From the NCBI GenBank assembly GCA_031538905.1, contig JAVKLV010000001.1, forward strand, positions 7,737-71,736: a DNA stretch of 64,000 bases. Direction: 5' to 3'. Position 1 is the stretch's first letter, and every line of letters starts with the position of its first letter. This document shows positions 40,428 through 50,075 of the stretch, piece by piece. Made by a program: the position numbers and the translations under genes. This DNA is from Methylotenera sp. Its GTDB lineage: Bacteria > Pseudomonadota > Gammaproteobacteria > Burkholderiales > Methylophilaceae. Under the pieces are notes generated by a model. It was not told where the DNA came from, ran no database searches, and saw nothing but the letters and a program-made list of their open reading frames with translations.

Positions 40428-41690
40428 ATGAAAAAATTAAAATTTTTTAGATTAAAAATTGCACTTTGTGTGTTGATGTTAGCTTGCGCGCCTGTGGCGA
40501 GCGCAAATAAAAAAATTGAGCAATCAAAAGAAATTTTAAATGATGTTCAGCAGCGCTTAGAAGTCTTAAAAAAAGAGTTAGATAGCTCTGAAGAAGCCCA
40601 CAAAGATGCGGCAGATGCGCTTAAAGAAAGCGAGCTTGCCATTAGTCTTGCGAATAAAAAATTATTTGAAATTAACCAGCAGCAGCAAGAAAACAAAAAG
40701 ACGCTAACAAAGCTAAAATCTCACTCGATAAGCGTGCATCAAGATTTGGCATCGCAACAAAAGATTTTGAGCGCGCAGCTCTATCAGCAATATATCTATG
40801 GGCAGCAGCCTTATATTCAAATGGTTTTACAAAGCGAAAACCCAAGTGAAGTTGCGCGTAATGTGCATTATTACTCGTATGTTGCAAAAGCGCGCACGGC
40901 GCTCATGAGTAAAATGCAGGCTAATCTTGATAAAATTAGTCAGCTTAACGATGAAACCGCCAATGCTTTAAAAGGAATCGCAGAATTAAAGCAAAAGCAA
41001 GTTGAAGAAAAGCAGACGCTAGAGCAGCAAAAGCAAGAAAAATCAAAAATGGTGCAGGGCTTATCTCAGCAGATTGTGGAGCAACGCGGTGAGCTTAAAA
41101 AGCTCATGCGGGATGAAAAAAGACTCTCTTTGCTGGTGGAGCGTTTAGCTAAAATCATTCCGCCAGTGTCTAAACGGTCAGACACTAAGCGCACGCCTTC
41201 AGGGCTTGCAGAGGCGCAATCTGTTGATAATAAACCCGCGAAAGAATTAGCTTTGCATTATGTTGAGCCAGGTGAAGCGCTTTCTGGAGAACGTTTTTCA
41301 GCGCTTAAAGGCAAGCTGCGCTTGCCAGTGCGTGGCGAGCTTGCTCATCGCTTTGGCTCTAGCCGCGAAGAGAGTCAAATTTTATGGAAAGGTTTGTTTA
41401 TTAAAGCCAATGAAGGCGCAGAGGTGAAATCAATTGCGACTGGGCGCGTGGTGTTTGCAGACTGGCTGCGTGGCTTTGGCAATTTAATTATTTTAGATCA
41501 CGGCGAAGGTTATATGAGTTTGTATGGCAATAATCAGGCGGTGATGAAGCAAGTCGGCGATAGTGTTAATGCGGGCGATGTGATTGCCTCGGTTGGAAAT
41601 AGTGGCGGCAATGTTACCAATGGGCTTTACTACGAGCTTCGCAGGCAGAGTCGCCCGTTTGACCCCTTGAGTTGGAGCAGGCTTAATTAA
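40428..41690 (+). CDS. envC: EnvC-like murein hydrolase activator (coiled coil + degenerate LytM/M23 domain)
   Basis: 420 aa with a signal peptide and a long Q/E/K-rich coiled coil. In the C-terminal M23 fold, GLYYELR replaces the catalytic HLHFE-type motif, the degenerate form expected of an activator. Confidence 0.8.
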   Translation: MKKLKFFRLKIALCVLMLACAPVASANKKIEQSKEILNDVQQRLEVLKKELDSSEEAHKDAADALKESELAISLANKKLFEINQQQQENKKTLTKLKSHSISVHQDLASQQKILSAQLYQQYIYGQQPYIQMVLQSENPSEVARNVHYYSYVAKARTALMSKMQANLDKISQLNDETANALKGIAELKQKQVEEKQTLEQQKQEKSKMVQGLSQQIVEQRGELKKLMRDEKRLSLLVERLAKIIPPVSKRSDTKRTPSGLAEAQSVDNKPAKELALHYVEPGEALSGERFSALKGKLRLPVRGELAHRFGSSREESQILWKGLFIKANEGAEVKSIATGRVVFADWLRGFGNLIILDHGEGYMSLYGNNQAVMKQVGDSVNAGDVIASVGNSGGNVTNGLYYELRRQSRPFDPLSWSRLN

Positions 41691-41757
41691 TGCCACTCAT
41701 AAGAAGGTGTGATGGCGCCTACAAAAAAATGTTTATGGGCGCTGCGTTTGTAATTTT

Positions 41758-42663
41758 TTAATGCACGTTGGGGCTATTGGCTAGATTCACTTCAGAAATC
41801 AGCAAATGTGCCGCATCTACTTCATCAAAACTATAATGTGTATTGCAAAAATCACAGTTCACCTCAATCTTGCCTTGCTCTTTTAAGATGTCGTTTAACT
41901 CGATTTCGCCTAGCATACGGAGCATATTTGAAACGCTTTCACGTGAGCAGCTACAATAAAACTGAACCATATTGGGCTCGAAGATACGGATGTCTTCTTG
42001 GTGAAATAGGCGTTTAAGCAAGGTGTTGCTTGGTAGCTGAAGAAGCTCATCATGGGTGATGGTGTCAGCTAAGTGGCAGACGCGATTCCAAGCATCATCA
42101 TCGGGCGGTGTTGTATCGCTCATGGTTTTAGGTAGTTTTTGAATGAGCATTCCGGCGGCAATGTTGCCATCACACGTGAGCCATATTTTTGTGTCAATTT
42201 GTTCAGATCGGCGCATATAATTTTCAAGCACATCGCTCATGCTTGCGCCTTCAATGGGCACAATACCTTGGTATATTTGCTTGCCATCTTTCGGATCTAG
42301 CGTCATCATAAATTGACCATGCTCAATGAGCTCAAATACGTCTTGCTGGTCGCTTATATCATCGCTACATTTTGCGGTTGCACGCATTTTGATGCCGCCA
42401 TCGGCGTGCGTGGTACATTCTACAACGAGCAATTTTAATAAGCCTTGGCTTTGAATTTGCATGATTAAGCTACCTTGCATTTTAAGCGTGGCCGAAAGCA
42501 AGGCGCTTGCTGCCATAAGCTCGCCAAGTGCTTTTTTTAACAAAAAAGGCAAGCGTTGCTGATGAAGCGCATCTTCTAAGGTGTGTGTGAGCTGTATTAA
42601 ATTACCTCTCACCGAGGTGTTTTCAAATATAAAGCGTTGTAGTGTGTCGTGGTTTTTTTTCAT
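41758..42663 (-). CDS. hslO: redox-regulated chaperone Hsp33
   Basis: 301 aa with the C-terminal zinc centre CSCS…CDFC (FYCSCSRE…VNCDFCNTHY). Confidence 0.93.
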   Translation of the reverse strand: MKKNHDTLQRFIFENTSVRGNLIQLTHTLEDALHQQRLPFLLKKALGELMAASALLSATLKMQGSLIMQIQSQGLLKLLVVECTTHADGGIKMRATAKCSDDISDQQDVFELIEHGQFMMTLDPKDGKQIYQGIVPIEGASMSDVLENYMRRSEQIDTKIWLTCDGNIAAGMLIQKLPKTMSDTTPPDDDAWNRVCHLADTITHDELLQLPSNTLLKRLFHQEDIRIFEPNMVQFYCSCSRESVSNMLRMLGEIELNDILKEQGKIEVNCDFCNTHYSFDEVDAAHLLISEVNLANSPNVH

Positions 42664-42797
42664 TGTGATATTTTAACAGCTGATTTATAGTAGTTAGGCG
42701 TAAAATTGATTTAGTAGTGAGTTATTAAGTGGCTAGTGAGTGATAAGTAGCTTAAGCTCAAGTAGTAAATTTTGTATAAAACCCTAGGGAGTTAAAA

Positions 42798-44000
42798 ATG
42801 GAAGCATTGCTTTTATCTAACAATGTATTGTTTGTTTTGCTAGGCGCAATTATGGTGCTTGCAATGCACGCTGGCTTTGCATTTTTAGAGCTTGGCACTG
42901 TGCGTAAAAAAAATCAAGTCAATGCCTTGGTTAAAATTATGGTTGATTTTTCAGTCTCGACTATTGCTTACTTTTTTGTAGGTTATAGCATCGCTTACGG
43001 CGTTAATTTTTTGAGCGGTGCTGATGTGCTGGCGGCTAAAAATGGTTTTGATTTAGTCAAATTCTTTTTCTTACTTACTTTTGCTGCGGCTATTCCTGCG
43101 ATTATTTCAGGCGGCATAGCAGAGCGCGCTAAATTCAACCCACAGCTTGTCGCTACTTTTATGTTGGTTGGCTTCGTTTATCCATTTTTTGAAGGTATTG
43201 TTTGGAATAATCATTTTGGATTTCAAGCGTGGCTTGCAAGCACGTTTGGCGCTAAATTTCATGATTTTGCTGGCTCGGTTGTGGTACATGCGATGGGTGG
43301 ATGGATTGCTCTTGTCGCGGTTATTTTATTGGGTGCACGTCGGGGGCGCTATACAAAAGATGGTCGCTTGCACGCGTATCCGCCTTCAAACATTCCATTT
43401 CTTGCTTTGGGCGCTTGGATTCTCACGGTGGGATGGTTTGGCTTTAACGTGATGTCATCTCAATCTATTGAAGGTATTTCTGGCTTAGTTGCCGTCAACT
43501 CTTTAATGGCGCTGGTGGGTGGCACGCTGGTGGCTTTGGTGATGGGCAAAAATGACCCGGGTTTTGTGCACAATGGTCCTTTGGCGGGCTTGGTTGCAGT
43601 GTGTGCTGGCTCAGACATTATGCACCCGCTCGGGGCATTGGTTACGGGTGGTGTTGCGGGCGCATTATTTGTCTGGGCGTTTACTATGACGCAAAATCGC
43701 TTAAAAATTGACGATGTGTTAGGCGTGTGGCCTTTGCATGGTTTATGTGGCGCTTGGGGGGGTATTGCAGCTGGTATTTTTGGTGCGAAAGCTTTGGGTG
43801 GCACAGGCGGCGGTGTTGATGGCATTAGTGTAATGTCACAAATTTTAGGTACGGGCTTAGGGCTTGTGGTTGCGCTCTTGGGCGGCGTGCTGATCTATGG
43901 CGTACTTAAAAAGTTGGTTGGCATTCGTTTAGACCAAGAAGAAGAATTTGATGGTGCTGATTTAAGTATTCATAAAATTGTTTCTAGTGCGGACGATTGA
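42798..44000 (+). CDS. amtB: ammonium transporter (Amt family)
   Basis: 400 aa with about 11 TM helices and conserved FAFLELG, DFAGSVVVHAMGG and GVWPLHGLCGAWGG segments. No adjacent glnK is present. Confidence 0.93.
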   Translation: MEALLLSNNVLFVLLGAIMVLAMHAGFAFLELGTVRKKNQVNALVKIMVDFSVSTIAYFFVGYSIAYGVNFLSGADVLAAKNGFDLVKFFFLLTFAAAIPAIISGGIAERAKFNPQLVATFMLVGFVYPFFEGIVWNNHFGFQAWLASTFGAKFHDFAGSVVVHAMGGWIALVAVILLGARRGRYTKDGRLHAYPPSNIPFLALGAWILTVGWFGFNVMSSQSIEGISGLVAVNSLMALVGGTLVALVMGKNDPGFVHNGPLAGLVAVCAGSDIMHPLGALVTGGVAGALFVWAFTMTQNRLKIDDVLGVWPLHGLCGAWGGIAAGIFGAKALGGTGGGVDGISVMSQILGTGLGLVVALLGGVLIYGVLKKLVGIRLDQEEEFDGADLSIHKIVSSADD

Positions 44001-44042
44001 TATTGCTCGCTTTCAACCTGCAAGCGAATAATTTTATTTTTT
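44001..44042 (+). terminator. putative intrinsic terminator after amt
   Basis: An imperfect hairpin (TATT(gct)CGCTT-tcaacctgc-AAGCGAATA) is followed by ATTTTATTTTTT. Confidence 0.5.
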
Positions 44043-44180
44043 AGCGCTTGCGCTCGCAGTTTTAAGGCTTAATGTGTTGGTTGAGTTGCGTTGCGTTGGG
44101 TGAGGTTTTTTTATTAAGTTGAAGCGCGACTATTTATATTAAAGTTTGAGTATCACATGGTGTGTTTTTAAGTATTCAAT

Positions 44181-44861
44181 ATGGCGCGTTTTCATGTTCT
44201 TATTCCCGCGGCAGGCAATGGCAGTCGCATGGCGCACAATACGCCAAAACAATACCTTAAGTTACATGGAAAAGCGCTTATTCATCACGTTATTCAAGTG
44301 TTTGAGTCATGCCCTAGAATCGTTCATATTCATGTGGTGATTAGCCCGCATGACACCCATTGGTATCATCAGCCTGCGCTACTAAGCCCTAAATTAAAAG
44401 TAACTGCATGCGGCGCAGATACTCGCGCAGGTACAGTGTTAAACGGCTTGCAGGCGATGCGCGCGCAAGTGGATGATGATGATTGGCTTTTGGTGCATGA
44501 TGCCGCGCGTCCAGGTTTAAGTTTGCGTTTGCTAGATGAGTTTTTAAATGTGTTGGCGCAAGATGCGGTGGGCGGGTTATTGGCCTTGCCTGTAGCCGAC
44601 ACTTTAAAGCGTGCAGATGCCGAAGGCTGTGTGTTAAAGACTGTTCCGCGCAATGATTTATGGCAGGCACAGACGCCGCAAATGTTTCGTTATGCCACCC
44701 TTAAAAAAGCGCTGACAAACTTTGAGGGCACTCCCACTGACGAAGCTGAAGCGATTGAAGCGTTGGGCTTACGGCCTAAATTAGTCAGAGGTGAGTTGCA
44801 AAACCTTAAAGTCACTTATCCGCAAGATTTAACGGTATTAGCGGCATGGCTTAAGCCTTAA
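44181..44861 (+). CDS. ispD: 2-C-methyl-D-erythritol 4-phosphate cytidylyltransferase
   Basis: 226 aa with the N-terminal [10 protein letters not shown] motif and VHDAARP. Confidence 0.93.
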   Translation: MARFHVLIPAAGNGSRMAHNTPKQYLKLHGKALIHHVIQVFESCPRIVHIHVVISPHDTHWYHQPALLSPKLKVTACGADTRAGTVLNGLQAMRAQVDDDDWLLVHDAARPGLSLRLLDEFLNVLAQDAVGGLLALPVADTLKRADAEGCVLKTVPRNDLWQAQTPQMFRYATLKKALTNFEGTPTDEAEAIEALGLRPKLVRGELQNLKVTYPQDLTVLAAWLKP

Positions 44862-44893
44862 GCTATGCTAAATCAATCATTGAAAGAAATATC

Positions 44894-45403
44894 ATGCGTA
44901 TAGGACATGGGTTTGATGTGCATCGGTCGGTATTTGGGCGAAAATGTATCATCGGCGGAGTGCATATTCCCTTTTACAAGGGTTTAGAAGGGCACTCTGA
45001 TGCCGATGTGTTGTTACACGCTATTTGCGATGCGCTTTTAGGTGCGGCGGCACTTGGTGATATTGGCCAGCACTTTCCACCGAGCGATATACGCTTTAAA
45101 GATATCGACTCGCGCCAGTTGTTGCGTCACGTGATTGCTCTCTTAAAAGTGAATGGCTACAGAGTCATTAACATCGATAGCACGGTCATTTGTGAGTTGC
45201 CAAAAATATCACCTTACACGCAACAAATGCGCGCTTATATTGCTCAAGATTGCCAGCTAAAAATAGGTGCGGTGAATGTTAAAGCGACAACAACTGAGCA
45301 GCTTGGCTTTACTGGGCGTGGTGAGGGCGTTGCTGCTGAAGCGGTTTGCTTAATTGAGCCGCGCTCATTTTTAAAAAAACTGCTTTTAAACACTGCTTTT
45401 TGA
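44894..45403 (+). CDS. ispF: 2-C-methyl-D-erythritol 2,4-cyclodiphosphate synthase
   Basis: 169 aa with [19 protein letters not shown] and GFTGRGEG motifs. It carries a ~10-aa C-terminal tail ([11 protein letters not shown]) encoded by the T/A-tract repeat array. Confidence 0.95.
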   Translation: MRIGHGFDVHRSVFGRKCIIGGVHIPFYKGLEGHSDADVLLHAICDALLGAAALGDIGQHFPPSDIRFKDIDSRQLLRHVIALLKVNGYRVINIDSTVICELPKISPYTQQMRAYIAQDCQLKIGAVNVKATTTEQLGFTGRGEGVAAEAVCLIEPRSFLKKLLLNTAF

Positions 45404-45507
45404 AATGTTAATTTTCAAAAAAATTACCCTTCAAAAAAGGCGCTCTTCAAAAAAAACTCTCCAAAAAATAGCACTTTTTAAAAATCTAGCACACTGGAAA
45501 AAGCACG
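45368..45507 (+). repeat. array of ~9 degenerate T-run/A-run units, period 13-18 bp (mean ~15.6)
   Basis: The units read: tttttaaaaaaactgc | ttttaaacactgc | tttttgaaatgttaa | ttttcaaaaaaattaccc | ttcaaaaaaggcgctc | ttcaaaaaaaactctc | caaaaaatagcac | tttttaaaaatctagcac | actggaaaaagcacg. The array ends at the ATG of the ABC exporter. Confidence 0.85.
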
Positions 45508-47331
45508 ATGCTACATTGGTTTGAACGCTTATTAACCCCTTTTCCTGCTGGCGAAATAGCGCCGCCGCCTCATCGGTTGTGGTCGTTTCTTTGGTCTTCA
45601 ACCAAGGGCTTGCGTGGCTTGATATTTGCCATGACCTTATTAACCGCATTGATTGGCGGCTTTGAGGCTTTATTATTTGCGGCCATGGGTCAGGTGGTAG
45701 ATTGGCTGGGCAAAAGCTCGCCTGCCATGTTTTGGCATACTGAAAAGCAACATCTGTTATTGCTGGTTAGTTTTTTGATGTTAAGTCCGATTTTGATTTG
45801 GCTGCAAACTTTAATTAAACACCAAACGCTAGCGGGAAACTTTCCTATGCGCTTGCGTTGGAATTTTCATCGGCTCATGCTCAATCAAAGCATGAGTTTT
45901 TATCAAGATGAGTTTGCCGGACGCATCACTGCAAAAGTCATGCAGTCGGCTTTGGCCGTGCGTGATGTATGGTTTATCGTGGCAGATATTTTGGTGTTTG
46001 TGGTGATTTATTTTGTCACCATGGTGGCAGTGGTTGGACATTTTAATGGGCTTGTGATGCTGCCTTTTATCGCTTGGGTAATCTTGTATATGCTCTCTCT
46101 TAGCTACTTTGTGCCTCGTTTGGCCAGTGTTTCACAACAGCAGGCTGATGCACGCTCGCTCATGACGGGGCGAATTACTGATGCCTACAGTAACATCAGC
46201 ACCGTAAAATTGTTTTCGCACGCAGGGCGAGAGTCTGGCTATGCGCAATCTGCTATGAAAGAATTTTTAAGCAAAGTGCACGCACAAATGCGCTATGTTT
46301 CAGGCGTTGAAGTGGTGAATCATATTTTGAATGTATTACTCATTATTGCAAGCGCTGGCGTGGCCTTAATGTTATGGACTCAAGGCAAAGTCACCGTGGG
46401 CGGAGTGGCTGCTGTGACTGCCATGGCTTTGCGTTTAAATGGAATTTCACACTGGGTGATGTGGGAGATGACTTCACTTTATGAGCAAATTGGCGCAGTG
46501 CAAGATGGCGTGAGTACGCTATCGTTGCCTCATCAGATTGTAGATAAAGCAGAAGCTCGCCCGCTCTTTGTTGATGCGGGTGAGATTATGTTTGAGCGGG
46601 TTAGTTTTTCTTATGGCTTGCCTAATCCGGTATTGCAAGATTTAACTTTAACAATAAAAGCGGGTGAGAAAGTTGGCTTGGTAGGCCGCTCTGGCGTGGG
46701 AAAATCAACCCTTTTAAACTTACTATTGCGCTTTTACGATGTTGAGCAAGGGCGCGTGATGATTGATGGGCAAGATATCAAAAATGTCACGCAAAATAGC
46801 TTGCGCAGTCAAATAGGCATGGTCACTCAAGACACCTCGCTATTACATCGTAGTGTGCGTGACAACATTCTTTATGGGCGCCCAGAAGCCACCGAACAAG
46901 AAATGATCGCCGCAGCTCAGCAGGCCAAGGCGCATGAGTTTATTTTGTCTTTAAAAGATACAAAAGGGCGAACCGCTTACGATGCGCACGTGGGCGAGCG
47001 TGGTGTGAAGCTCTCAGGTGGGCAGCGTCAACGCATTGCCATTGCCCGCGTAATGTTAAAAGATGCGCCTATTTTATTGTTAGATGAAGCTACCAGCGCT
47101 TTAGATTCTGAGGTGGAGCAGGCCATACAAGCCAGTTTATATGATCTCATGCAGGGCAAAACCGTGGTCGCGATAGCGCATCGCTTATCTACTATTGCTG
47201 CGATGGATAGGCTGATTGTGTTAGACGATGGAAATATAGTCGAGCAGGGCAATCATCAGGAGCTATTGAAAAAAAATGGCGTGTACGCAAACCTATGGGC
47301 GCATCAAAGTGGTGGTTTTTTTGGCGACTAA
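45508..47331 (+). CDS. ABC exporter, fused permease/ATPase
   Basis: 607 aa with a six-helix type-I exporter TMD, Walker A GRSGVGKST, signature LSGGQRQR and Walker B LLLDEATS. The substrate is unknown. Confidence 0.88.
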   Translation: MLHWFERLLTPFPAGEIAPPPHRLWSFLWSSTKGLRGLIFAMTLLTALIGGFEALLFAAMGQVVDWLGKSSPAMFWHTEKQHLLLLVSFLMLSPILIWLQTLIKHQTLAGNFPMRLRWNFHRLMLNQSMSFYQDEFAGRITAKVMQSALAVRDVWFIVADILVFVVIYFVTMVAVVGHFNGLVMLPFIAWVILYMLSLSYFVPRLASVSQQQADARSLMTGRITDAYSNISTVKLFSHAGRESGYAQSAMKEFLSKVHAQMRYVSGVEVVNHILNVLLIIASAGVALMLWTQGKVTVGGVAAVTAMALRLNGISHWVMWEMTSLYEQIGAVQDGVSTLSLPHQIVDKAEARPLFVDAGEIMFERVSFSYGLPNPVLQDLTLTIKAGEKVGLVGRSGVGKSTLLNLLLRFYDVEQGRVMIDGQDIKNVTQNSLRSQIGMVTQDTSLLHRSVRDNILYGRPEATEQEMIAAAQQAKAHEFILSLKDTKGRTAYDAHVGERGVKLSGGQRQRIAIARVMLKDAPILLLDEATSALDSEVEQAIQASLYDLMQGKTVVAIAHRLSTIAAMDRLIVLDDGNIVEQGNHQELLKKNGVYANLWAHQSGGFFGD

Positions 47332-47356
47332 AATCTTTGCATGGCTGATTGCTAGG

Positions 47357-47402
47357 TTTTATCAAAGCAATTTTTTATCAAAGCGGCTTTTAATTAAAGC
47401 GA
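47357..47402 (+). repeat. three tandem TTTTATCAAAGC-type units (period ~15-17 bp)
   Basis: The units read: ttttatcaaagcaa | ttttttatcaaagcggc | ttttaattaaagcga. They are followed by tttttAGGAGagtgaaATG (RBS and start of the DUF1348-like gene). Confidence 0.85.
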
Positions 47403-47418
47403 TTTTTAGGAGAGTGAA

Positions 47419-47898
47419 ATGACCAGCAACATAGAGCCTCGCCCACCCGTGCCACCTTTTACGCGAGAAACTGCCGAACAAAAGGTTCGCATGGCAGAAG
47501 ATGGCTGGAATAGCCGCGATCCGCAACGTGTTTCAATGGTGTATACCGAGAATTCGCAGTGGCGTAACCGTGCTGAATTTCCGCAAGGGCGTGCTGAGAT
47601 TGTTGCATTTTTAACACGCAAATGGAAAAAAGAGCTTGAGTATAGGCTCATTAAAGAGCTTTGGGCGTTTGAGCATCAGCGTATTGCGGTGCGTTTTGCT
47701 TATGAATGGCATGACAATACAGGGCAGTGGTATCGCTCATACGGCAACGAAAATTGGCAGTTTGACGCCAGTGGTCTTATGGAGCTACGTTACGCCAGTA
47801 TCAATGATTTGCCGATTAAAGAAACAGAGCGTAAATTTTTTTGGCCTCTGGGGCGCAGGCCCGATCATCATCCAGGCTTGACTGCGTTGGGCTTGTGA
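47419..47898 (+). CDS. DUF1348-like (NTF2/SnoaL-fold) protein
   Basis: 159 aa. The Trp-rich pattern ([10 protein letters not shown]…[10 protein letters not shown]…[19 protein letters not shown]) resembles the DUF1348 family as I remember it. The function is unknown. Confidence 0.65.
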   Translation: MTSNIEPRPPVPPFTRETAEQKVRMAEDGWNSRDPQRVSMVYTENSQWRNRAEFPQGRAEIVAFLTRKWKKELEYRLIKELWAFEHQRIAVRFAYEWHDNTGQWYRSYGNENWQFDASGLMELRYASINDLPIKETERKFFWPLGRRPDHHPGLTALGL

Positions 47899-47924
47899 GA
47901 GGCTAATTAAACTATTTGTTGTGT

Positions 47925-48119
47925 TTATTTTTTTGATTCAAGTTCTTTTAAATACTGTTCAACATCCCACTCGCATCCGCCACAGCCTGAAAGCGCGCCA
48001 GACCAATTAGATATTGCCTCCATATCCATGCCTTCATTAAACAATTGTTTAATTTTTTTGCGCGTTGTGCCGCTGCATGAGCACATAATGTCATCTAAAT
48101 TTTCGTTTTGCTCTTGCAT
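47925..48119 (-). CDS. BFD-like [2Fe-2S]-binding domain protein
   Basis: 64 aa with four Cys arranged C13-x-C15 … C46-x2-C49, as in bacterioferritin-associated ferredoxin-type domains. It lies 3 nt downstream of the Smr gene. Confidence 0.7.
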   Translation of the reverse strand: MQEQNENLDDIMCSCSGTTRKKIKQLFNEGMDMEAISNWSGALSGCGGCEWDVEQYLKELESKK

Positions 48120-48122
48120 TGA

Positions 48123-49704
<1,582 letters not shown>

Positions 49705-50075
49705 TTATTGAAGGTATTTAGATTAAATGGGTATTTGTTCTTTATTTTTCAACTCATGCAGTTAGGTTATTTTTAAGCGAGTATTCGTATCATTCAGGCT
49801 GTTTTTTCGTTTGGTTTTAGGTTTTGAGCGGGTTCATTTTGTTGATTTATCACCGCGGTTTTTCGTTGCTGAAAATATACTGCGCGCCTTGCGGCGGCTA
49901 TTTATGAGCCACTCTTCACTTTTTAATCATGGTGTGCGCTTTAATGCCAATTTAAGCTGATGAAATCTTTCTTAAAAAAGTATTTAAAATTTAGATGTGT
50001 ATTGTATTAGCTACCAAGCGACTTTGATACTGTTATAATTGGATTTGACGTTAAAATTTGTAGGGTTTTACTATC

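Noticed and set aside
42727-42745. A sigma-54 promoter upstream of amt (TGGC at about 42730).
   Set aside because: The spacing and -12 element do not fit TGGCAC-N5-TTGC. The sequence reads TGGCTAGTGAGTGAT, with no GC dinucleotide at the -12 position.
45431-45649. A 72-aa minus-strand ORF spanning the T/A-tract array and the 5' end of the ABC exporter.
   Set aside because: It is translated largely from a low-complexity repeat (FFEERLF…), is antisense to a well-supported gene start, and has no motifs.
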